This document shows positions 52,790 through 64,000 of a DNA stretch of 64,000 bases, piece by piece. The stretch's first letter is position 1, and each line of letters starts with the position of its first letter. The notes beneath the pieces were generated by a model. The model was not told where the DNA came from, did no database searches, and saw only the letters and a program-made list of their open reading frames with translations. The position numbers and the translations under genes are program-made. Origin of the DNA: Isurus oxyrinchus (Eukaryota); NCBI GenBank assembly GCA_026770705.1, contig JANJGN010000008.1, positions 137,082,001-137,146,000 of the forward strand, written 5' to 3'.

Positions 52790-54460
52790 AATTGCTTTAA
52801 TTGAATGCTCCTAACTACCACGATGTGGTGCAACCCATGCGGCTTCAGTAGGGCAGACTGTTCAGACCCCTGCTCTGACTGCTGAGAAACTTTTGAACTA
52901 TGACCTCTGTGCTTCAGAGCCCCTGAGGCCTCCCTCCAAAGCCTGTTCCAGCTGCACCTGCACAGAGGTAGGCCCGGCCATTGGGAGGTGAGGCAACATG
53001 TGGTGTACTGGCTGGGGAGAAGGTGAGCAACATTGAGAAGTTGGAGTGGTTTCAGTGTAATTTCCTTCATGGCCCCTTTTGCCATTGCCCCTCCCCTGGG
53101 TCAGTGCCACATTACTCCTCCCACTCTGCAGTAGAACAGATTTTGAGGGTTAGTGATGTGTTGAAAGGCCACAGATAAAGTATTTGTCATCTTGTTTCAA
53201 GTCACAGCTGTGGTCATGGTCTGCAAGGACACATTTGAGAACTATACATAAGGCTGTACATGGTAGTGGCTAGTGGCCACTCTCTCCATGGCAGGTACTC
53301 TCACAACTACCTACACCACCAACTCACTGCCATTGGAGTTGGACTCCTCCAGCCTCTCCTCCATTGTCAAAAGCATGTGTAGCACATCTGTCAGTACTTT
53401 ACAATGTCACTGCTGTATCTCTATCATTCTTCTTCTCAATGATGGCCCCCAGGGGTGGAGCATCTGTCTCAAGCTGAGCAGAGCTTGGAGAGAATTATGC
53501 CCCCAGTGCAGACTCTCCACAGCTCTCCTTGCCCCCAGTGTCTGTGTGTGTTTGCTTGTGAATTGTGGATCACCAGAGGAAATCCTAACTAATTCTCCAA
53601 CTGGACCCACTGAAGTGTGAGTATTTGTGCTGACAAATGGCTATATGTCCTGTGATGGTACACCTGCAGAAGGAATGATATCTTCTGAGCAATTATCCTC
53701 CTGCATATCCTAGACTCTTGCTCTATGTGTTAAGGCCCTGGAAGAGAAAAAAAAGTCGATATGAATTAGTCCTGGCAAAGTAACAGTCTTGACAATCACA
53801 GGCTTCTCATCATTCAGTCATTGATGAAAGAAAGTCAGCATAGGTGTCAGAAGTATTTTTAATTCTGTCACCAGGCAACTGCATGTTCCCAGTCTCCCCA
53901 TCTCTGAGCAGGATGCAGATGTGCCACTTATCTCCATGGCCTCCTCCTCTGTATTTGCAAGCTGCATAATTTGTGGCAAGCTACCTCCAAATCTTTTCCA
54001 CTCCTTTGTATTTTGTGCTCTCTTCTCCTGCTGAGGGTGACAGAACAGACCTGTGAGTGCAAAAGCAAAGAAGTGGTGTGGATGCTAGAAAACATGAATG
54101 AAAATAGAAATTGCTGGAAATAGCTGCTGGGTCCAGCAGTATCTGTGGAGAGAGAAACAGAGTCAATGGTTCAGCTCAATGGCCCTTCGTCACAACAATG
54201 AGTGACTGAAGTTCATGTATTCACCCAATGGATGCAGTGCATTTGGTGATGGTGACTTCCAGGCAGATGCACCACCTTACATAAGGAATGGATTGAGTCA
54301 CAGCAGTTGATAGATACATAGGGACGTGAGGAAGTACATAGAAGGAGAATGATGGGTATATGGTTTTATGTGGTGGAGCAGATGATGGCAAAGCGAGAGG
54401 ATGGGCTGGTGCACACAGTAGGATGTGGGTGAATGACTGTACTCACCTTTCCTAAAGCAT
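52790..54460 (-). pseudogene. Harbinger Myb/SANT-like accessory gene relic (spliced), copy 1
   Basis: Convergent to the transposase; donor at about 54446; exon EKRAQNTKEWKRFGG...EEEAMEISG; acceptor at about 53738. Confidence 0.65.
54095..54195 (-). mobile_element. Short Penelope-type tail element
   Basis: gaaattgctggaaat...cagcagtatctgtggagagagaaacagagtcaatggttcag...cccttcgtca. Confidence 0.65.
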
Positions 54461-54498
54461 ATAAAGTGAAGGATGTGTGCTGCTGAAACATAAGTGGG

Positions 54499-57400
54499 TA
54501 TTGTAGGGCAGCCGAGTTGTACAATTAATGATAATTGATCTTCAGACATTTCTTGGGCATAAATTTTAAATTTATTTACAACATACTCAAAGGCAACTAC
54601 ACGTGTGCTTTCAAATCCAACTCCAAGTCTACACTGACTGCTGAGGTTGCCCCTGCTACTCTCATATTGGTTACTACAGATCATGTGATCTCACTTAACA
54701 TGTATTATTCTTAAAGGTACATTACAACACTAAATAAAACCATAATTATTACATTCCTCCCCCTTTGTGTTTATTGTCCCTCCTGCCAGCTTGGCATACA
54801 GGTGTTCGATTTTTAGAATGAGGTGCCTATCTAGCTTAGCTACTTTATGAACTGTCAGTTGGTAGTCTCCACAAATTCAGAAGCTTTGGTCGGGTTTAAG
54901 GACAGGGCTATGGCCATTCAGAGAACTGAACAGGTTGCATAGCATCCAGTTTCTCTAATCTGTTCAGTTTAATATTGATTTTTTCTTGCAGGGCATATGG
55001 CACCAGTCTCACCTTCATGAAGTGAGGAATTGCTTTCAGATCCACATGAATCTTGGCCTGCAGGCCCTGGTTTTCTCCAGTTTGTCCTTAAAGATGGTGG
55101 CATACTTTCTATAGCTCTGGTAGCCCACTTGCTCTCAACCGGAAAGTTTCAGCCCATTGGAACTGAGTCTCCTTTAAACAATTTCATCCCAGGAGGCTTG
55201 GCCCTTCACCTGCTAATGCCATCAAGGGTAGCTTTGCCGACTGGCTTCCATAGAGTCATAGAGTCATAGAGACATAGAGGTCTACAGCACAGAAAAAGGC
55301 CCTTCAGCCCATCGAGTTTGTGCCAGTCAAACAAGTACCTAACTATTCTAATCCCATTTTCCAGCACTAGGCCCATAGCCTTGTATGCCATGGCATTGCA
55401 AGTGCATGTCCAAATACTTCTTAAGTGTTATGAGGGTTTCTGCCTCTACCACCCTTTCAAGCAGTAGGTTCCAGATTCCCACCACCCTCTGGGTGAAAAA
55501 ATTCTTCCTCACATCCCCTCTAAACGTCCTGCCCCTGATCTCATATCTATGTCCCCTGGTTATTGATCCCTCCACCAAGGGGAAAAGTTCCTTCCTGTCT
55601 ACCCTATCTATGCCCCTCATAATTTTATACACCTCAATCATGTCCCCCCTCAATCTCCTCTGCTCCAGGGAAAATAACCCCAATCTATCCAATCTCTCCT
55701 CATAACTAAAATTCTCCAGCCCAGGCAACTTCCTGGTAAATCTCCTCTGCACTCTCTTGTGCAATCCTTCCTACAATGCAGATTCCAGAACCAAACACAA
55801 TACTCTAGCTGTGGCCTAACCAGCATTTTATACAGTTCCAGCATATCCTCCCTGCTCTTATATTCTATGCCTCAGCTAATAAAGGCAAATATCCCATATG
55901 CCTTCTTAACCATCTTATCTACCTGTCCCACTACCTTAAGGGACCAGTGGACATGCACGCCAAGGTCTCTGATCCTTAGTACTTCCTAGGGTCCTATCAT
56001 TCATCATGCCTTGTTAGTCCTGTTCAAGTGCATCACCTCACACTTGTCCGGATTAAATTCCATTTGCCACTGATCAGTCCATCTGACCAGCCCATCTATA
56101 TCTTCCTGTAATCTAAGGCTATCCTCCTCACTATTTACCACCCCACCAATTTTCGTGTCATCCCTGAACTTACTGACCAGCCCTGCTACATTCAAGATTA
56201 AATCGTTTATATATACCACAAACAGCAAGGGACCCAACACCGATCCCTGTGGAATCCCACTGGTCATAGGCATCCAGTCACAAAAACATCCCTTGACCAT
56301 CACCCTCTGCTTCCTGCCACTCAGCCAAGTCTAGATCCAATTTGCCAAATTGCCTTGGGTCCCATGGGCTCTTACCTTCATTATCAGTCTCCCATGTGGG
56401 GACTTATCAAAAGCCTTGCTGAAGTCCAAGTAGACTACGTCAAATGCATTGCCCTCATTTACACACCTGGTCACCTCTTCGGAAAAATCAGTCCAATTGG
56501 TCAGATATGACCTACCCTTAACAAAACCATGCTGACTGTCCTTGATTAATCCCTGCCTCTCCAAGTGTAGATTAATTCTGTCCCACAGAATTGTTTCCAA
56601 TAGTTTCCCCACCACTGAGGTTAGACTGAGTGGCCTGTAATTCCCTGGTTTATCCCTTCCTCCCTTCTTGAATAATGGTACCTGTCTGTAGCGGACAGTT
56701 ACTCTGCTTATGCCTTTTATTTGAATGTCTTCACCCATATATGGTTTTAGCTTAGCATCTGTTTCTTCTAAACTTAATTGATGTTCACCATTTTCCAAAT
56801 ACCTGAAGGTCTGTTCCCAATTACTGTAGTGAAAGTTCTCATGTTCACTGCCATTTTAACATGTTTGCCATTTTACTTTCACTCTGACAAATATTGGTTC
56901 TGTCTTTCCAATTTTCAGATTAAACAATGAGTAAATGTCTGAATTTGGTGTTTCAGGTTTTTGTACATTGTAAATTTCATTGGGCTTCTTCCTTTGTTGA
57001 TAAGCCTGCTTGAATCTTTTCTTGCATTGCATCATCAAATGTCCATTTCCATGACAATAATAGCATCAGATTTGTTTAAACTGCCAGTTGCTAAAAGACT
57101 GATTGTTTCCACCTCTATTTAAATTATTCTTTGATATCGCTACTCAGTTATTTTTCATTATTCCTCGTCTAGCGGAGGCTTTTCCCACTTCTTGGCTCTT
57201 TTGTGCCTCTTTCAGTTGAGGTTTCCCATCCAATGTGGAGGACAGCGCCATTTTGAGCACCCTGTATTGCTTTCGAAACTCTCATTGCACTTTCCATGGC
57301 CAATGCTATCTCTCGTGCCTTCTTGAAATCTAATCACTTCGAAAAATAATCTTTCCTGAACAGTGTCCTCTTTCATACCACACACTAAACGATCTCTGAG

Positions 57401-58152
57401 CATGTCATTCAGAATCATACCAAACTCACAATGTTCCGTTAACTGCTTCAAATTTGCCACATAGCATGCAATTGTCTCCCCTGGGGCTCTATTTCATGAA
57501 TTAAACCTGAACCTTTGCATTGTGACAGAGGGCTTGGGTTGAAAGTGACTCTTCATGAGGTCAACCATTTCATCTAAATTCTTCAAATCTGGGCATTGGG
57601 TGTTGTCAAACTTCAAATCAGACTGTAGGTTTTGCTCCCACAAGTGATCAAGAGGATCGCCCGCCTCTTCTCTTGCCCTGTAATCTCATTCACTTGAAAA
57701 AAGAACGAGGCATTCTATGTATTGAGACCAATCGCCTGTGGCTAGCTGAAAAGAATCAATTCTCCCAAATTGTGGCATTTTGAGAGGGGATAACTTCTTC
57801 AATTCTAATGGAGCTTGCTATTTACAATCACTGGATGAGGGACTGTGCTAACTCCCTTTGAACTTGATTTCTTCTGTTGAATCCTGTCTTATCCTCATTG
57901 CCAGTTTGTTGTAAGGTGGCTGAGTAGTATAGGGTTGATCTGCTGATACTTCTTGGGTGGAAAATTTAAGTTTATTTATAACGTACTCAACAGCAACTAC
58001 ATGTGTGCTTTCAACTCCAACTCCATCCCTACACTGACTGCTGAGGTAGCTCCTACTACTCTCCTATTGGTTTCTACAAATCGTGCGATCTTGCCTAACA
58101 AGTATTATTCTTGAAGATACATTACACACTAAATAAAACTATAATGACTACA
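54499..58152 (-). mobile_element. Ty3/Gypsy LTR element, internally deleted (gag, PR, start of RT)
   Basis: LTRs 54499-54753 and 57907-58152; exact TSD gtggg; PBS-like tggcaatgag; PPT aaagggggaggaa; gag LRDRLVCG; PR GPSLLG; RT start VPYAL...PVQFSEW. Confidence 0.9.
55249..56683 (-). mobile_element. 5'-truncated, well-preserved CR1 nested in the Gypsy protease region
   Basis: NYRPLSLTSVVGK, SQHGF, LDFSKAFD, PQGSVLGP; tail (ctctatga)n. Confidence 0.92.
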
Positions 58153-58494
58153 GTGGGTGTGAGGAAAGATGTGATAGTGTATGTTTGGCAAGATAGTCTG
58201 ATAGGGCAAGGAAAAGAAAATGTGATGATTTATCAAGACAAAATTTCTGAATCCAACCTGCTAACTTTACTTCTGGTTCTAGGCACACGATTCCACCAAC
58301 CACCCCACCCACACCCCCCACCCCAACCCACCACCACATACACACAGCTCGGAACTCACCTTTGCATTAATATTGATGCCTTAGACTTAGTTCTTGCGGA
58401 GTGATCAAAAATTCTGCTTATCAATCCTTGAATACCATCACTAGGTCTCAATTCAGCAAAGAAAGAACTTAAGTTATTATAGCACCATGCATAG

Positions 58495-59030
58495 GAATGT
58501 AAGAACATAGGAAATAGGAGCTTGAGTAGGCCATTTGGCCCCTCGAGCGTGCTGAACCATTCAATAATCTGATCATGACCTTAACTTCACTTTCTTGCCT
58601 GTTCCCCCTTGACTCCCCTGAAGTTCAAGAATCTTTCTACTTTAGTCTTGAATACATTTAGTGAGTCAGCCTCCACAGTTCTCTGTACACAAAATTCCAA
58701 AGAATCATAAATTTCCAATAGACGAAATTCCTCCTCATATCCATTTTAAATGGGTGACCTCCTATTCTGTAATTATGGTATAAAGTTTTGTTGTCCTTAT
58801 TTAAGGGAGAAAACATTGGCTTTGGATGCATTTCAGAGGAGGTTCACTAGTTTGATCCTGGGATGAAGAATTGTCTTATGAGGAAAGTTAAGCCTTTGCT
58901 CATTGGAAAATGAAAGGTAATCTTACTCAAACATTTCTGAGGGGGTTTGACAGGGTAGATGCTGAGGGGATGATTCCCCTCCAGGGGAAATCTAGAACAA
59001 GCAGGCATAATTTCAGAATAAGGAGTCAGC
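58495..59030. mobile_element. Two opposed CR1 3'-region fragments
   Basis: Minus-strand tail 58495-58775, then plus-strand fragment FLRGFDRVD...SRTSRH. Confidence 0.7.
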
Positions 59031-59740
59031 TAACAGGGTGTACAGGCAGAGGCTCAATCTCCTTGACCTCATGGAGAAGCAGTAATTCCAGAGAATCACA
59101 GTTTGGCAGACATCTGAAGAAGACCTGCTCCCTGCTTGGCATCACCAGTTAATGTGAAAGTAAACACCACCCTTAACTTTTTTGCCTCTGGATAATTGCA
59201 GGGTGCTACTGGAGTCGTACCAGGATCTCCCGAGTAGCTGCTCGTAACTGCATAATGCAGGTCACTGATGGGCTGTTTGTCAATTTTGTTAACTTTGCCT
59301 GTGATGATGCCAGTTAGAATGAATAGCTGCTCAGGATTGTCTCTCTGCTGGATTCCCCCAGGTGCAGGGCATATTGACTGCACACATGGCAATCCACGCA
59401 GCCCCCATATCAACCATGAGTATTGATAATCCCCAAGGGATTCTATTCCATCAACGTTCAACTGATGTCTGTACACTCAGCAGTCCAAGCTCCCAATATC
59501 TTTAGACCTGAAGACTGATTTAAGTTGTGACTGGTAGGAGACAAATGATACCACCTTCAAACTTTGCTGAGGAGCACCATAAGAAACAGCATCAATAAAG
59601 GTCAAGGGCAGGACAACAGCCGTTTGACAACCATATGTCTCATTGAGCAAGTGATCAATACATTCAGGATAAGCTTCAGGTGCCTGGGCAGATCTGGAAA
59701 TGTATTCGCCATTCAGCCATCCAGTCTGCACAGCCATGTT
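59030..59740 (+). pseudogene. PIF/Harbinger transposase relic, copy 2
   Basis: VKVNTTLNFFASG, AGFPQVQG.DCTH, KGFYSINVQL, VGDK*Y, IEQVI...FRCLGRSG. Confidence 0.88.
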
Positions 59741-59749
59741 AAGACTTGC

Positions 59750-61030
59750 CAGGATCCATTTGCTTGCTGTGATTAATGCCCCATGGAATTGGTCTATCAA
59801 TCCTTGGATGCAGACATCTTTTCAATGCCCTGCTACATCAGCCCACTCATGCTTGTGCCAGAATTCTCCATTTTCTCTACAATCATGCAGAGTGTATGCA
59901 GAAGGTTTGCCTATGCATTGCAGATGTTTGCTGACCCTCAATGATTATCCCTTTCCTCTAGGTTCCCCAGGATTCATTATTTGTGTACAGATAATCAGAG
60001 CTTGGAGATGGCTGTGGCCTCCGACATAGGCTCCCCACAGCTGCCCCTACCACTGCTGTTTGCTTGTGCTTACTTGTGAGCTGTGGCCCACCAGGTGAAT
60101 CCCAATTAATTGCCTAGCTGGACCCACTAAAGTGAGTGCCTGCGCTAACACAAGTGGCGGTACATCCGGAGAAGGAATCAGCTCCTTTGAGGACTCATCA
60201 TCTGGGAGCTCCATTGATCGCTGCTGCATGCCTGAAGACCCTGGCAGAGAGGAAAGGTATGATTAGTCCACAAAACATCAGAGTGTTGCAATTTAGTATG
60301 TCTAAGATGATCATCTTTCACTCACTGCTGAAATGATTGTGACTTAGTATTGTCTAACGTGTAGGCAGCTGATATTTTATTGCGTCACCAAGTTCCCATC
60401 TCTCCATCCCCAATGGTCAAGGATGTGAAATCAGGGATTGCTCTCTAGCAATTTCTTCTTTGCAGCTGTCGAATGGGGTGTCTATGAAGAACCATTTGTG
60501 GATTTCTCCTACCTAGTGTTTTACACTGTCTTCCCCTGCAATTGGGGGAAGGTCAGACCTATCAGTGACTAGTGATATGTACTCACCTGGTGGCTGCAGT
60601 GCATTTGGGGAGGGTGACTATCAGGGAGACTGGCAGTGGTAAATGGATAGATGGAAGCTCATGGAAAGAGACAGGTGCAAGCTAAATGAGTATAAGGAGT
60701 TATGTGATGGAATTGTCTTGACAAGACGGAATGAGAGGGAGCGATATGCATAGCACAATGTAGGTCAATGTGCAACTGTACTCACCTTTCCTGACCTGGT
60801 GAGACCACTAAAGCATTTGCTACATGAATCCAGGAATGTGGGACAACGCACATGCTGCTGACCTCATTTCCCATCTTCAGCCACTCCTCCTTTGTTGCAG
60901 CAGTAGGTTTATTCCTCCAGTTGCTGGGGAAGAGTATTGCTCTCCAACTCCTCACTACATCCAGGAATATGTCAAGCAATTAAATCGGTGTGGAGCCCTT
61001 GACCATCCTGAATCCATTCTAAATGTTCTC
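59750..61030 (-). pseudogene. Harbinger Myb/SANT-like gene relic, copy 2
   Basis: ORF 60782..60979 FLDVVRSWRAILFP...TKEEW...EVSS...SW ending at a gtgagt donor; acceptors at about 60537 and 60241. Confidence 0.75.
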
Positions 61031-61263
61031 CCTTTCTTTGAAGGAACTCCGAATTCTTCCAAGTTCTATCTTTTGATCATGCCAGCCTGTAGAGCAATCC
61101 AGACAGTCCCATTCTTCTACTCTATTCCCATCGGCCTGTAGGCTTCAAGTTCCTGTCCATTGTAAAATCGCAGCCAAAAATAAATATGTGCAATGTGAAA
61201 ATATCCTTGAAAACTGTTATAAATTAGTTCAATTGGAAAGTATCACATACCGTTCAGACACAA

Positions 61264-61545
61264 GGGTCAATTTTCACCTTCGTTATTATTTGACCAGTGG
61301 ATAGTTGCACAGTTGGAATGTCCACCCAGTGTTGCCAGTGAGAGGCCTGGACAATTTAGATGGCCAGATTTCATTTACATTATATCGATGAGGCTGCTAA
61401 TGCATGCCTAATGCTGGTAGGGAGCTGAATGTTTTGTGATGGTGGAAAATCTAGAGGAGCAGTCACAGAGTATGAAACCTGCAGCAATTGCCTAAAGGAT
61501 TGTTTGTTGAGTTATGCGGGAGGCCAGGGTGGGGGAAAATTTGAT
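61264..61545. mobile_element. Small old MITE
   Basis: Imperfect TIRs gggtcaattttc / gaaaatttgatc. Confidence 0.4.
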
Positions 61546-61992
61546 CATGAACAAAGAGATAGTGGATTATGAGCAGTGAAGACACCCAATACATAGATCT
61601 TCCATGATCTACCACCTGATGATATTCCCATTCGGGACAAAAGTAGGATCAGGTAATGCCAAACATGAGTGAATTCCTGAGAAGCTAAATATTGAATGAA
61701 AATCTGTGCAATAAATATTATGGCTATTGGCTGTGCTAGACTTTGATTAGGATATGCCTTAAGCAATAAAACTATGATTTGGATGGGAAGAAACCCAACC
61801 TTCCTTGGAGGGGTTTTTGAGAAGATGCCACAGTTAATTGTAAGGTGACAGGAACTATTTTGCCTCATTAGGTTGCATAAACAATATAACTAAAGTAATA
61901 TAAGTTGGAACTGCTAAAAGAGTTGCTCCTGCTCCTGTACTTTCCTTTCATGCTATTCTTTTTGTTTGTTTGCATACCCGATACCAGACTCC

Positions 61993-63074
61993 TGTTACGG
62001 GGTTAGACAGCACTAATTTCTCCTCTTACCATTCATCCATGAACAGAAAAGTGTTTTTCATTTGCTTCCCCCTTTCATTAGTGGTGGCGCATTTCCCAAC
62101 TCCTCATATTTGGTGTGATCTAATTCCTATTGATAACCCAACAGCAAACTCAAGATAGGATGAATCCAAAGGATACTTTATTTGCACCTACTCAAAACAT
62201 GGGAGTAAGCTCGCAACATTGCCTCCTTTACATTCATACAGTAAAAGAGGGATAGAAAAAGGAAAGATTTACAGTGCAGAGACCACAGAGAAAAGAAACA
62301 TTGTTTCACATGGGTTCCAGAGCCCAGAATCAAAACCGAAAGAGATATTTCTTCACGGACGTTGGTAAGCTGAAAATTGATCCTGGATAATTCACTTTTC
62401 TGATGGTGTTAACTTCACATGACGAGATAGGCATGCAGAGGTGAATCAGCCTTGTAGGGGATGGTACAAAATTTCCAGTAGAAGCAGTTTAGATGAGGCC
62501 AGGTGGCCATCCTGTGGCAGAGTTCCTTGTCTGTGATGCTGCTAGTTAGATGGTAAAATGGCAGACTGAGACTTTGCAGCACCACAAGGCAATATTACTG
62601 GTCCACAAGCTAGAGCTCCATGTCACGTGGTTCCCGCCACTCCACTTTGGCTTTGACAAGGAATGTGTAACCCTCATCTGAGTTCCTGAGATTATTGAAT
62701 GTCTCAACCATTAAGAATTGAAAATATGTTTGTGGGGTCTTTTGTCTTAGCAGACAAGCAGGCTCCTGTTGGCCAGCCTGGGTTCTGAAATGCTGATGGC
62801 CTTTATATAGCTCACTTTGTATGAGGTCTTTGCAGCTCACAATGTGTCGTTAGTGGCTCTTCAGAGATAATGATATGCAAGTTTCCCTGATACTGCCAGG
62901 TAGCTTCTTTTGTTTGAGGAGTGGAAGCAAGTCATCCTTCAACCTGAGGGACTGCTTAAAAAGGAGATTCTTTTTGTATTTAATGTGGTGAGTTTTTAAA
63001 GTAAACGAGGAAAGAGATAAGGCAGTGTGGAATAGAACCTAAAAGTTTTTAGAATCTGGCTAAAGGCATTGACA
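61993..63074. mobile_element. Possible solo LTR
   Basis: Begins tgttacgg; layout resembles the 9283 LTR; right end and TSD not established. Confidence 0.3.
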
Positions 63075-63297
63075 TTCTCACTAAATAAGATTCCAAGGAG
63101 GGATTTTTCTTAACAAAGCTTCAAAGTATTTCACACATTATGGTCTTTATTTATAGTGTTTATTTACTACTGCAGTGGTGCCTAACTGTGAGGCACTTTT
63201 GGCTGTGGGGCACTGTGTCTTTGTAATGGATTATCCCATCTGCTATTGTGTTTATGCGGAGTGGATTGGATTTTGTAAAGCCAACATCTTATCTCCT

Positions 63298-63336
63298 GTT
63301 CTGTCGAAGAGTCATGAGGACTCGAAACGTCAACTC
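63298..63336 (+). ncRNA. Minimal type I hammerhead ribozyme motif (A6U variant)
   Basis: guu-CUGUCGA-A-GAGUC augag GACUC-GAAAC-GUC/aac; perfect 5-bp stem II; ACGU palindrome. Confidence 0.7.
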
Positions 63337-63431
63337 TTTTCTTCTCTGCCGATGCTGCCAGACCTGCTGAGTTTTTCCAGGTAATTCTGTTTTTGTTTTG
63401 GATTTCCAGCATCCGCAGTTTTTTTGTTTTT
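63299..63431 (+). mobile_element. Young short Penelope-type insert beginning at a hammerhead motif
   Basis: Exact 13-bp TSD atcttatctcctg (63286-63298 / 63432-63444); CpGs retained. Confidence 0.88.
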
Positions 63432-63812
63432 ATCTTATCTCCTGCTAGTTATTCAAAACGTTATTTTTTGTATTGGGGAGTGAGGTTTCTGCACATTATT
63501 ATTAAAGAAAACACGGGGGATGCCAACTATATCAGTTAACTTTTTAAAAAACATGAAGATGCAATTATGACCATATGGTGTTTAAAAGAAGTTACATGAT
63601 ATTGTATTGTGTTACTTTGTTTGCTTTCCCACTAAATGTTGAGATACCAGTATATGAATGAGTGATATTTGATGTACGGTTCCATTATTTTCATCATTTT
63701 TTTCTCTCTTGGAAAGGGAATCCTAATAATCCTTTAAATCATTTTGTTAAATTTCTCTCACAGGTTTACAGGTACATTTGATGGCTGAGTTTATCACAGA
63801 TTTTTAATTTTA

Positions 63813-64000
63813 GAACATAGGAATGTAGTAACACAGGACTAAGGAGCAGAAGTAGGCCATTCAGCCCTTTGAGCTTGCTCCACCATTCGTTAAGATCATG
63901 GCTAATCTAGTTGTAGTTTCACTCCACTTTCTTGTCTGGCCCCCATAACCCTGACTCCCTTGGCTATCGAAAATCAGCCTTGAATAAATTCAATGACCCA
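63813..64000 (-). mobile_element. CR1 3' end running off the window
   Basis: ggagcagaagtaggccattcagccctttgagc...aagatcatggct tail. Confidence 0.8.

Noticed and set aside
56331-56798. Apparent protease-RT fusion ORF
   Set aside because: Chance in-frame junction between the Gypsy protease and the 5'-truncated end of an inserted CR1

Overview
Eukaryotic, repeat-dominated non-coding DNA, almost certainly from a cartilaginous fish (shark/ray). The repeat set supports this: HER1-like CR1 LINEs, Deu-domain SINEs, and abundant Harbinger MITEs and Penelope-type tails. No intact protein-coding gene, rRNA, tRNA or CRISPR array can be supported; the recognisable entries in the ORF track are fragments of decayed transposons. 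Contents: many CR1 LINE copies, some with the SGNH-esterase ORF1; a second, apparently ORF1-less jockey/CR1-group LINE with a matching short derivative; two Gypsy LTR elements with both LTRs; a solo LTR; two PIF/Harbinger transposase + Myb/SANT relics plus MITEs; an old RTE-like RT; and Penelope-like (GIY-YIG) elements. The most notable signal is about ten short Penelope-type retro-inserts carrying a minimal type I hammerhead-ribozyme motif. Three have 13-17 bp target-site duplications, and three are head-to-head inverted dimers that mirror the inverted GIY-YIG Penelope pair at 10.3-11.65 kb. A few weak splice-site-bounded exon candidates exist but cannot be assigned to a gene. Repeat boundaries are read by eye and approximate unless a TSD, TIR or LTR end is quoted.
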